From NCBI RefSeq assembly GCF_964355755.1, contig NC_092679.1, positions 21,869,432 through 21,933,431 on the forward strand: 64,000 nt of DNA, written 5' to 3'. Positions 36,442 through 48,751 of this stretch are shown piece by piece. Every line of letters starts with the position of its first letter. Within the stretch, counting starts at the first letter, position 1. Under the pieces are notes generated by a model, which was given only the letters and a program-made list of their open reading frames with translations, did not search any database and was not told the DNA's origin. This stretch comes from Antedon mediterranea (taxonomy: Eukaryota; Animalia; Echinodermata). The translations under genes and the position numbers were made by a program.

Positions 36442-36597
36442 AGCGTGGTTCCCACTAGCGACGCAACACAAGGACGCAACGCAAGTGAATTGACCAATCA
36501 CAAGCGATGGCTTATTCGCTTGTGATTGCTATCTGTCTATAACTTCGCTTGTCATTGGTTAAAACGCTTGCGTTTACGTTCTAGTGGGAACCAAGCT
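36442..36597. mobile_element. PIF/Harbinger-like MITE family B
   Basis: taa|agcgtggttcccactag ... ctagtgggaaccaagct|taa. Confidence 0.85.
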
Positions 36598-36616
36598 TAA
36601 GCTTACGTTGCGCTTA

Positions 36617-36782
36617 AGCGTGGTTCCCACTAGCGACGTAATGCAACGCAAGTGAATTGACCAATCACTAGCGATGGCTTATTTTCTTGTGATTGCTAAC
36701 TGTCTATAACTTTGCTTGTCATTGGTTAAAACGCTTGCGTTGCATTTACGTTCTTGCGTTACGTTGTAGTGGGAACCAAGCT
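36617..36782. mobile_element. MITE family B, second adjacent copy
   Basis: Same TIRs and internal CCAAT-containing palindrome. Confidence 0.85.
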
Positions 36783-36784
36783 AA

Positions 36785-37158
36785 AGCCTATTTTCCACTA
36801 GGCGAATTTGTTCGCGCGAATCAAACGTTTCGAAGAGAAAAAAATCGCCTACTCTCTTTCCACTACATGAGCGAATAGCTGCAACGTTCATGTTCCTCGC
36901 GTGGTTGCTGAGCATTTCGATTCGCATGACTGCACATGAAAGCGTCATAACTCATTTCCTGAGCTCTGATTGGTTGCGCAATATTTCGCTTCGCAAAAAG
37001 TAGAAACAATTCGAACTAGTAAATTTCGCTGCAGCGAAAAATCAAGGAACTAGAATTCGTCGCAGAAGGGAGTATGACAGACAGAAACTCGAATACGCAT
37101 GCGCAGAGCATGACGTTTTCGATTCGCGCGAACAAATTCGCCTAGTGGAAAATCAGCT
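36785..37158. mobile_element. Harbinger-like MITE with ~38-bp TIRs
   Basis: agcctattttccactaggcgaatttgttcgcgcgaatc / gattcgcgcgaacaaattcgcctagtggaaaatcagct. Confidence 0.85.
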
Positions 37159-37957
37159 TTAATCGTCTTCTTTTATGCATAACTGCATACTTTATAGGCC
37201 TTGTACTCATTTTAAGCTGGTCACAAAAATATGTTATATTTTCAATTTATCACTAGTCCTACAATTTGTTTGCATTTCCTGATGTATATTTATCCCAAAA
37301 AAATTGTTACAATGTTCAGAAATGATATCAATTGAAAGAATTGTTTATTCAAGTGTTCTAAGGTGTGTAATATTGACTGGACTTTAGACTATTATCGTCA
37401 TGGCAATACATGAACAATTTAGCTAATTATTATCATAATAGATAATAGTATTAACAGTCCTGGCTTGGTCTAAACAATTTTTATTTGGCCTTAATATTAA
37501 AATATACAAATATTCTCCGAATTTGATTTTAGGATTATTACAGTATATATTACAGTATTACTATTCTTAAGTTGTTTTTTTTTTTGTGAATTTATGTAAA
37601 ATTTATTTCTATGCATTATTTATTCTATTACAAAGATGTGTAAAAAGTAAGGTACTTATATCCTTGTTTTATTATATAGTAACATTTTTCTACAGTATTG
37701 TAATTGTATTATTCAATAATTAGAAACAAAAATGATATTACCCATGATATGATATAGGTATTTACTTATTACTTTCACAATATTCCTATACCTTCATGGA
37801 AGCGTTTGTCTGTGATGGCCCATTCGATATCTATTGTAAAAATCAGTTGTATATTTAATTGGAGCCTGATGATGAATTATTGGAATAAGAGTTTTGTTTT
37901 ATGGTTGTTAAAATATATTGATTGATCAATTAATGTTTTCAGTGTTTTTCATTAAGT

Positions 37958-38827
37958 GTGCCTGTTCTCAGAGTGTATTGGGAATATTGTAGGCCTACTC
38001 CTGTACTCTTTGCTGATGATCTTCTCATTTATAGACCCATTCATTCAGATACCGACTCTACAATTCTTCAATCTGATCTTCATTCCATTCACCAGTGGGC
38101 ATCTGCAAATTCTATGTCATTTAACCCAAAGAAGACAAAAGTGATGCAAGTTACTCGGAAGAAAATATATATGTCTCACACTTACTTCTATAATGGTCAA
38201 CCTCTTCTCACTGTCTCCTCACACAAATATCTTGGTCTTACTCTCGACAACAAATTATCCTGGAATGAACATATAAATAATGTTGTTTCTAAGGCAAACA
38301 GAATGTCGGGGCTTATTTTTAGTGTTGCTAATAATGCTTCAAAACCTGCTTTACTGTCTCTTTTTAAATCTTTAATTTTACCAATTCTTGACTATGGACT
38401 TCCTGCTTGGTTGCCTCAAACCAAGTCCCAGTCAATCCGCATAGAGCGCATCCAACAAAATTTTACAAGAAGAGTTCTAAAATGTAAAAGAGGAGAGATA
38501 CCATACCTTACCAGGTTAAATTCTTTTAACCTCATGTCTCTTGAAAACCGTCGCAACAAAATCCTTTTTCACTTTATTTTTAAATGTCTTTATGGCTTTA
38601 CTGACTGCTCTTCTGTCATCCAGAATCTCACTATCAATCCTAGACATACTGAAGACCTCACTTTTAATCATCTCTTTTCTCGAACACTGGCCCTTCGTAA
38701 TTCTATAAACCGCTTCCCTAAACTTTGGTCTCGGTTACCTTCCTCATTACGCCAATTACCTGTTACTGAATCTTTTCCTCATCTTTTATCATCTATTGAC
38801 TCTTTCCTTCTTGATAATTATCTTTAA
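37958..38827 (+). pseudogene. Reverse transcriptase fragment of LINE ORF2
   Basis: LFADD motif, W..N.M.FNP.KTKVM, KYLG..LD.KLSW..HI, FKSLILPILDYG, IERIQQNFTR; no real start codon. Confidence 0.9.
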
Positions 38828-39060
38828 TTATTTTTTATTCAAATTTTTTTGTATATCATATCTGTTTTGTTTTTTCTGTATACTCACAGCTTTATACTTT
38901 ATTTGTTTATAAAATTATATAATTATTTTAGTTAAGATCATGGGACTGCTGACTCTTGTAGTTACAGTAATCGTATTACTTTAGCAGTCCCTGACCAATT
39001 CATCTTTGTACATTGTATATTATGTTTTGTTGGTCAAATAAATAAATGAAATGAAATGAA
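38005..39060 (+). mobile_element. 5'-truncated non-LTR retrotransposon (CR1/L2/Jockey group) with 3' UTR and (ATGAA)n tail
   Basis: RT C-terminal ORF, 3' UTR hairpin gggactgct..agcagtccc (38942-38991), aataaatgaaatgaaatgaa tail, imperfect TSD. Confidence 0.9.
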
Positions 39061-39454
39061 CTCCACTGTACTCCTATGTTGACCAGTGATTAATTATTTT
39101 GTATATAATATTTATCACTGATGATAACGAAGAATAAAATGGTTCAACACATTTCAGAAAAAAACATTAATATTTTTTTAAAGTTTGTAAATTTACAATG
39201 GGAACGTACGTCCACACAGTACACGTGGTTATAAAAAAAACAATAAGAAACCACCAATCAAGTTACGTCTTGATCGATAAACCACGCCCACTTTACTTTG
39301 AGTGGAGTGCGCGTATCCAGATAGCAACCAACCATGAGCAGACGACCTTTGGACTGGTGGTAAGTAAGTAAACCACGCGCGTTCTGAACCGAAGTGAAGA
39401 CCCAAAGACATCATGGTGAATAGTTTATTTACGCCTTGGAAAATAAAAAGTATA

Positions 39455-42230
39455 ATGGGAGGGGTTGTTGGTACGGTTTCAAGAGATTCATTCGAATGGA
39501 CTTACACCGAAGAACCGCATTTTTCACGCCGAAAAGAAATGCTGAGTAAGTTGTCCTAGATTGTTGTTTACTTATTAATATTACTAGGCCGTTATGAATG
39601 GAGCGGGATCTCTGGATTTGGTAACCTGATACGAATCCACTGAGGTACAATCAATTAACTATTTAGGAGGAATGTTGTAGGCCTAGCCTTTTAAATAAAG
39701 AAAAACAAGACAACTTCGCGCTTTATTGTTGCATTTTAAAGATTTAGAAATTTAGTTTAGAGATTTAGTACAAGAAAATCCATATGGCATTGCATTCATG
39801 CTTTCTTTCACCATTGAAAAGATCGATATTTACTATCTTACCACACTCTATTGATAACGCAAGCAAACATGCGGTGGTGACGAACGTGGATTTTGTGTTT
39901 GTTTTTGCATTGCAAGATTAGAAATACGGAGTACGTGACGTCGGACTTGTCATACATTTTAAACCGGTCGATGATATAATTTTCTTTTCATCACAGTTTA
40001 GTCTTATTAATAATTAACTGTTAATACAAATTTTAAAATCAACTTCCCCCTACCCATACATACATTCCATAGAAAAGAGCTAGCCTGTATTTGCTCCTAC
40101 TAATAACTAGGCCTACATAGTTTATCATGAAATTAAACCAGGCATGTTATTTCCCTTTTTATGCTTGATGATGGCCAGCACCACATATCCATCTTGCATT
40201 GTGATTGGTCAATAGTTTTAACATGTGGTTTTCGATACCATTGGCAATATGATGCCTAACTTAACAGCGATTTGGAAAAGAACTTTTTTATTACAAGTTG
40301 TTAGAACTCTTAAAATAACATTTTTAATATAATTTACATATTGACCAATTTCTTATCTGACCCCCTGTATTATGAAATATCTATAATTAGTCTTATCATA
40401 ATCTCATCAATCAAACCCAAACTTGTCTTGTGAAAGTCATAAAATCAAATTTAGGTCAAAGTATAGAGATCATTAGCCACTGTAGCTTTATATAAGTTCC
40501 AAATATTCTCACCGCATATCATCGTGTGTATATAAAGTACAATTAATAAAGGTTTTGGTTTTAATACTATATATGTGGTATGTCATTTTATTTTTTAAAA
40601 TTTTGTCCAATGAGTTTCCACAGAACATATTAAATATCCAATTTTATTTACTTTTTCTTCAGAAAAATATCCTGAAATTAAAAAATTAATGGGCCATGAC
40701 AACAACATGGCAATGATTATGGTTGCTATGGTGATAACCCAGGTAATAACGTGTTACCTAATACAGGATGAATCTTGGTTGACGGTTTTGATTGTCGGTT
40801 ACTGCTTCGGCGGCGTTGTCAACCATTCAATGACTCTTGCACTCCACGAAACGGGGCATAACCTACCGTTTGGGCACAGCAGACCATTGCGGAATCGATT
40901 GATTGGTTTCCTAGGCAACTGCGTCATTGGTGTCCCCATCTCTATATCATTCCGTCGTTATCATCACGATCATCACCGTTACCAGGGTGAGGATAAACTT
41001 GATCCAGATATACCATCAGATTTGGAAGGCGTACTTTTTCGTAATCGCTTCACAAAAATGATATGGATGATTCTGCAACCAGGATTTTATGCAATTCGAC
41101 CGTTTTTAAAGCGTCCGAAAGTGCCTTGTAAAATGGAGTTTTATAATTTATTGGTGCAGCTTATATTTGATATTGCAATAATTTATTTTATGAACTGGAA
41201 AGCATTGGCTTATCTGTTTTTCGGAACTGTACTCTGTATGGGGATACACCCATTGGCTGGTCATTTTATTTCTGAACACTATTTATATGCTGGTAATGAT
41301 GAAGAAACATATTCTTATTATGGTCCCTACAACTACATTGCATTCAATGTAGGCTACCACATGGAACACCATGATTTTCCCAACATACCAGGACCGAAAT
41401 TACCTCTGGTAAGACATTTTCTTTTTTTTGTATATCGAGTCTGGATATATAAATTTTTTTATAAATTTTAAACGAATGACATAATAGTGTACTACAGTAA
41501 AACCCTGCTTTGGGACAACTCTAATAATGGGACACCTCTATTAATGGGACACCTCTATTAATGGGACATCTCTATTAATGAGACACTATTAATAGGACAT
41601 CTCTATTAATGGGACACACCTATTAATATTACATCTCAATGGGACACACCTACTACAGTATTAATGGGACATACCTATTAATGGGACACACCTATTAATG
41701 GGACATACCTATTAATGGGACATACCTATTAATAGGACATCTCTATAATTGGAACACACGTATTAATGAGACACACCTATTAATGGAACATACCTATTAA
41801 TAGGACATCTCTATTAATAGGACATCTCTATTAATGGGACACCTCTTTTAATGGAACACCTATTAATGGGACATCTTTATTAATGGGACACACCTATTAA
41901 TAGGACATATCTATTAATGGGACACTCCTATTCATGAACACTTATGTGTGAAACAAACAAGGAGAATATGTTTAAACATTACATACCCTTCCCTCTATTC
42001 ACTCCTATAAAAGACGCATCGGAAATAAAATATATTATAGGCCATAAAATCAATGTTCTTTCTTTCAGATTAGAAAAATTGCACCTGAATATTATGATGA
42101 CTTACCGTCACATGACTCGTTTGCAGCTGTGGTTTGGGATTTTATAATGAATCCACAAAGTGGACCATTCAATCGTATCAAACGGCCAGCGTCCAAGGAT
42201 CCTACAACACCTGATCCATGGGTTATGTAA
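39455..42230 (+). CDS. DEGS1: Sphingolipid delta(4)-desaturase DES1-like, copy 2 (332 aa)
   Basis: Exons 39455-39545, 40663-41408, 42069-42230. MGGVVGTVSRDSFEWTYTEEPH; His boxes HETGH, HHDHH, HMEHH. Confidence 0.96.
41495..41940. repeat. 17-bp tandem array GGGACACCTCTATTAAT derived from MITE family C
   Basis: Starts cagtaaaaccc; reverse-complement relative of 26950-27200. Confidence 0.85.
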
Positions 42231-42314
42231 GCATCCAAGGATCCTACAACACCTGATCCATGGGTTATGTAAGCATCCAAGGATCCTACAACACCTGATC
42301 CATGGGTTATGTAA
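42189..42314 (+). repeat. 42-bp triplication spanning the DEGS copy 2 stop codon
   Basis: gcRtccaaggatcctacaacacctgatccatgggttatgtaa x3. Confidence 0.95.
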
Positions 42315-42872
42315 AGACTACTGTACGGGGCACGATTAAAACAATGACATTTTTGTTGCTTAATTTTCAATTAATGGTATATTGTCCTCCAATTGTGGCC
42401 CACAATTATATTTAGGATACACTTTTTGATTTAAAGTGGGATTTCTATACCATAATAATACTACTATACTGTATATTATGACCGAGCAGTAATAGTTCCA
42501 TGCTCGAGTATATCCAACCCCTATTTAGGCTAAATTTGGACATAAGACTTTGTAAATTCCATTCTTAAGGCAATCCGAGTATAATCCCATTTTTGTAAAA
42601 TGTCATACCCGGGCCTACTTGGACTACACTCAGGCATATATGGTGTATATTTCGCACTAAATTATTCAATTTTGTTATATTTTATGTACAAATTTAAAAT
42701 TTAGGTTTTAATAGAAAAATAAATTACATAACTTTATTTACCCATGGTTAAGTACAGTATTTAATTAATTAGCAAGCCAAAATGATATAAACAGTTAGTT
42801 TAAGTTTTTTACCCTTATTTAAGCATGGTCTATCTTATTTCTTCAGCACCTTGATGCCTTTCTCCAAATTTA

Positions 42873-43029
42873 AGCTCTGTCTACACTATCAAACTAGTTT
42901 GACAACAAAATTGTGATGTGCCCAAATATAGTATTGATATACCTAAATATGGTATTGATATGACGTCATCATGTCCATAATATGGGCACAATTTGTTGTC
43001 ACATAAAGTTTGGTAGTATAGACAGAGCT
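42873..43029. mobile_element. MITE family A, complete, TTA target duplication (PIF/Harbinger-Tourist type)
   Basis: tta|agctctgtctacac ... gtatagacagagct|tta. Confidence 0.85.
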
Positions 43030-44695
43030 TTACAACATGCCTACTGTGTGTATACAAAACAACAAAGAATATTGATCATGCTATATGGTACTTCACACTT
43101 GTTTTGGTGGTATTCAAGTTGTAATCACACTTCAGTAATGGTAACTGAATAAGTTATTGTTGATGATGACCATTTGTTGAGGCATTACGCTTAGGAAGTA
43201 AATGGTTTGAAATGTTTTTAAAAGTATTCAGTTTAAATAATACTCTGTTATATACTCATATTGAGGTGTTATTTTTATGGAAAAATATTTTTACTGGTTA
43301 TAATAAAATCTGCCAAATTGTTCAGGAAGTATATAATCTCTATGTTTTAAGAATATATAATACAATTTTTAAAGGATGAATAGAATATTTGAATGACAAA
43401 CTCTTAGAGAACGAATAGAATCCAGGCCTTTGAAAGAAGTTATAAGCTAGGCTTTAAAGCATTAAGTATGGTATGCCTGCTCATGTACGTTGGTTTATTT
43501 ATACTTCCAGTTTGTTGCATATTGTTTTCTCATATTCACATCATTTATTTATGATTTAATTCAAATTCAAATTAGCTTAAGTATCCGTATCCGTCTTTTT
43601 ATGTTAATTGTGTTCAATATGGATGCACCACTTCTTGTGTGTGCCACCGATGTAAAGGTGCAATTTCCAAATAAATTGATTGATTGATTGAGATCTAATA
43701 CTTTATGCTCAAATGGCTTTCTATGAATATTATATATTATTTATATTATGAGTATTTTATAGAATAGTACTTTATTGTTAGGATATAATAATGTTATTAT
43801 AATAAAGGTATTATCTATAATCTCTACACCAGGATGTGTATGGCAACCGAATAATGGTTGACCATCTTTTTTACAAGTTTATGTTATGAAAAAATATACA
43901 TAAAACAGTGGTTGTACCTTTGATGTTTTTACCTGTGCATACTGTTATTCACTCATAAGCCAGAATTGGCTGATCTTGTGTTAATCAATTCTGATAATTA
44001 AATGAATAAAATCAAATAAAATAAATTATAATTGTATGTTATTGCAGTAATCAAATGTAGTTACTGCAGTAACTGACAGTAGAATCATTTTGACAAGATT
44101 CATATTGTTCAGCTACAATATAATGCTGTTTCAGGTGTTGGGTGCATGTTGTAATCTAATTGTCTGTATATAAATTACAAATATTAACTTTTATAGAGAT
44201 TTTTATAGATTAATTTGGTGACTATATATCGACTATATCGAATGTAATTGTTATAAATTATTAATTAATTTTGATAAATAAATTATATGTGTATTTTGGT
44301 GACTTTAATCAGATTATTCATTTTTATAAATTAAAGAACTGGTTTGACAAATGAAGTAGCTTCAGTTTTCACTTAAGCACACTTAACTATCTTGACTTAA
44401 GCAAAAAGATAGATTACACCAGCTTTGGTTTTCAGTACTAGGCACTGGATTAAATTCTACCTTTAGAGCGTAGTAGAACCACTAAATACATCATAGCCAG
44501 GATCGACAGCTATGAACGCTCGCTGGCTAAAACCAGGGCCCAGAGTATGAGCAGTCTAATGTTGGAGGGCCTCTTAGGAGTGCTAAGCCTGGGTCCTTTG
44601 CTTCCTGCGTTCACCACTGACTATGTAGTGGAACCATAGCCAGTAGCGACAGATGTGATTGCTCACTGGCTAAACCCAGGGGCCCCAGATCTTAA

Positions 44696-44875
44696 AGCGT
44701 GGTTCCCACTAGCGACGCAACACAAGGACGTAACGAAACGCAAGTGAATTGACCAATCACAAGCGATGGCTTATTCGCTTGTGATTGCTAACTGTCTACA
44801 ACTTCGCTTGTCATTTGGTTAAAATGCTTGCGTTGCGTTTACGTCCTTGCGTTACGTTCTAGTGGGAACCAAGCT
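44696..44875. mobile_element. MITE family B, TAA target duplication, inside a degenerate GC-rich repeat (about 44490-45030)
   Basis: taa|agcgtggttcccactag ... ctagtgggaaccaagct|taa. Confidence 0.85.
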
Positions 44876-45536
44876 TAAGGGGTCCCGGAGTATGAGCAGT
44901 CCAATGCAACTACAGTGTTGGAGGCCTCCAAGGAGTGCTAAACCAGGGGCACCAGAGCTTGAGCAATCCAATGCAAATACCCAGCATTGGAGTGCTAAGC
45001 CAGGGGCCTTTGCTTCCAGCATTACGCCACTCACCATACCTAAGTATGGCTTATTTTCCAATAGGCATTTGTGTGTTGGATCATTTCTGATCCAGCCCTG
45101 AAATGCTTCTCAACTTGAATCAACACTAATAAATGCTGGTATGTATTATGAAATATTGAATATTGAAATAATCTGAAAATACAGCAACAAGCCATACAAT
45201 TTAATTTGAATAAAGAGTTGTGTACATGTACCAAGGCAGTAAGATTGCATGTACTAAAAAATGCTGGTACTACTGGATAATGCATATGAATAATATATAC
45301 AGTATTGGAATATTATGAAAATAAAGCAAGTCAACTACAATACTATAACTATAATTATGTAATGTAGTACAGGCCTACCAAAAGATATGTCCCTTTTCTG
45401 TCCTTTTAAGTCAAATAATGATTTTTTTTTTGTTTTTTTTTATGGAAGGGAATAACTTTATTAAAACTGAAATGGTCTATTCAACAAATTTTATTATTCT
45501 TTATTTTTTATGTGTTTAGGGAACAATACATCTGTA

Positions 45537-45687
45537 AATCTCTGTCTACACTACCAAACTAGTTTTACAAAAAAAAAGTGTGGCCAAATATGGTAGTGAT
45601 ATGGCCATATATGGTAGTGATATTACATCATGTCCATGGGCACATCACATTTTTATGTCACAAATAATTGATAGTGTAGACAGAGCT
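45537..45687. mobile_element. MITE family A
   Basis: ctctgtctacac ... gtgtagacagagct. Confidence 0.8.
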
Positions 45688-46646
45688 TAATAAAAAGATA
45701 CAATTAATCACACATTTGTATACACAATATATTATTGAATGCAAATGCTCTTATTGAGATCAGTGCGATTGTGCAATACTGTAACCTTAATATTAGATAT
45801 GCAATTTATTCTGCATTAAATTATGTATTCAGAATTTAAAATATTATTTGATATATGCAATCATATTAATAAGCTGCATTTCATACAGCTTATTTCTTAA
45901 TCAGACTAATTGTTTAGGTATCCAAGCAACCAAACAAAATCTTTTTCAACTCTTTTCCTACACAACCAGGTGCATCAATAGGAAAGAATCAATCAATAGC
46001 CAGGAATAATCAGTCACGGTTGAATAGACACAAGGAGATTACTTTATAACTGTAAGGTAAATTGTCAACATTTTTTCAATCAATAATAAGAGCTGATAAA
46101 GAATAAGCAGTGTTCTCTCAATATAGTCTGGCAAATTAAGTGGAATACCGAATTATTGATACTACTGTATTATTTATATACTACAAGATATCAGTAATCC
46201 ACTAAATACAAAGATGTCAAATCATATTGTACTTCGTCTCTCCAAAAATATAGCCTTTGATTTCTCTTTGTCTATGTTTATAATGGCTAAGCCTAACCTA
46301 CCACTACTAGAAAAGTGTTTATTTTATGCATAATTTTCTTACGCCAGTTTTAATACCAGTTGGAGTAAATTTAAACCGGCAAATCTGGCTGGCAAAACCT
46401 GCTTCGCGAGAAGAAGAAACCTTGGGTTAGGTTGGTTTCATTATAGTCTAAGCGCTAGATGGAAATTGGGCTTAATAATAATTATAAACATTTTGGCACA
46501 TATGGTGTGTCATACACTTTAGCTGGAATGGCATGTACACATTAAATACGCCAACTGGTGTTGCTTGTAAAGGAATACCAACAAAAAAGACAACAGCTTG
46601 CATACAGTTTAAATGTGGCGTTAACTAGAGCATATAGATAGTATCA

Positions 46647-46777
46647 AGCTATGTCTACACAATCAAACTAGTTTGACAAAAAAAAGTGTGAAGTTCCCAA
46701 ATATGGTAGTGATATGACATCATCATGTCCATATTATGGGCATATCATATACAGTTTTTAAGAGTGTAGACAGAGCT
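46647..46777. mobile_element. MITE family A
   Basis: agctatgtctacac ... gtgtagacagagct. Confidence 0.8.
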
Positions 46778-47076
46778 TAAGATTTGAGTTCCGCACTAAA
46801 TCAGTTACGTAGGTTTTGATGTCGATTAGGCTAAATTTGTTGAAAAGAACATTCTGCCACACACATAGCATGGCATAACTGTAATGCTTGAGCTTGAATA
46901 AATTCCTGTTGGCAGCACTACTAGATAAAACAATTCAAGTCTGTAAAATAATATTGTAATTCTAATTGCAGATGTTGGGAATGTGACTTTGGATTTCCAC
47001 ATTAACAACATACAACCAGCATTGGCAGCACTGGAGCAAAAGTTTAGGGCAACCTCTTTCAATGCGACAGGTATTA

Positions 47077-47228
47077 AGCTGTATCTACAATATCAAACTT
47101 TGTGACAAAAAAAATGTAATGTGCCCATATATGGACATGATGTTGTCATATTACTACCATATTTGGCCATACTGTATCACTACCATATTGGGCACTTATT
47201 TGTCTATTTTGAAAGTGTAGACAGAGCT
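47077..47228. mobile_element. MITE family A (opposite internal orientation to the 46647 copy)
   Basis: agctgtatctaca ... gtgtagacagagct. Confidence 0.8.
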
Positions 47229-48751
47229 TAACTCTTATTTATAAGTACAGCACATACAACAAAATTAAGTTCACATCCATGGTCTTTTAATTAAAAAAAA
47301 AAGCTCTACATAGCCAACAATACAAATAAAACAAAAAGATCATTCTGAGAAATATGACTAACCCATCAATGGTTCCGATTATAGTGTGCATTTACATTGA
47401 TTAATGCTAATATTGTATTGAACCATATAATTACCCTTTCACACAGAGATGACACACTGGACTAAGTCATGTTTACACTCGACAATTCTGAGTTACTAAA
47501 CAACCACAAAGCAACAAATCACATGTATGCATACTAACTGTAATTAATTATCAAACAAACCCCACTTAAGTTGCATTCGCACTAAGAATAAATGCAAAAT
47601 GATCAGTTTTTCTAATTTAAAACAAAGCAATATAAAGGGATAGTACAGTAACATGATCAATTAATATATACAATGTACTCCTTCATCCAAAATACTTTTA
47701 CGATACAAAATGGTTTAAAATTTACAAATTGTCTAAGAACGGTTGCCGATAATCTTCATAACATTATCTTGTCAAATAAAAAACAGTTTTTTAATTGGGA
47801 TAATATACATTTATTGGTAGTTTATACAATTTCTATAACCCGGAGTATTTCATTATCTAGAACATGCATATTTGTTCTATTGAAGAATCAACTATTATAT
47901 AACAGTAGATAAATTTATGAAACCTTTATAAAGGCGTATTGTAAACAACCATCCAACGGGTATTAAGTATAGTTGCAACTACAAAGAAACTAGGCGTTGA
48001 ATTGGTTCCAATAAAGAGAGATTCCAAAAAGATTTGTCTAGGATAGTTAATGGGTACAGTAAGCGTAAGGCCTGAATATATACATTATAGTGGCTGGAAG
48101 TCAAGTAATGACGGGAGACTAAACTTCAGTATTTTGCCTTGTTTAATTATACTTAAGACCAAATAATTAATTTTTGATTGGTTTAATTAACATAATTATG
48201 ATATTTAGATATCCACTTTTTTTTTAAACATGAAATGTGCAAAAAACAAACAAAATACTATCTCTTTTTGAGACAGTGTGTTTTTTTTTATTATGTAGGC
48301 CTATATTTGTTACATATCTGAGTATTAATAATTATAACCAAGTTTGAAAAATGTACACTTAAAATTAATAAACAATTGTTTTCAGTATGTCCCTACAATA
48401 CAGCTAAAAACGTGACAAGCATTGATTTGACAAATCTTTTTCATCGGTTGCTCATTTATCATTTCAGATTACTACTTTGAAATGAGTTTCTCGCACGATC
48501 TACAAAACAAAAAAGCAAGATTTACGTCAATGTAAAATCAGGTACAGAATCTGTTTTTCAGTTTTAAAAATCTGTTCTTAACTTGCATTACAAATCACAA
48601 TGTGAAACGGTCTTGACGAGATTGTGAAACACAATGTGAAATGGTCTCAACTTGTATTGTGAAACACAATGTGAAAATAGTCTTAGCAAGATTGTGAATC
48701 ACAGTGTGAAACAAGATTATACATTTACATTACATTACATTTACTTACATT

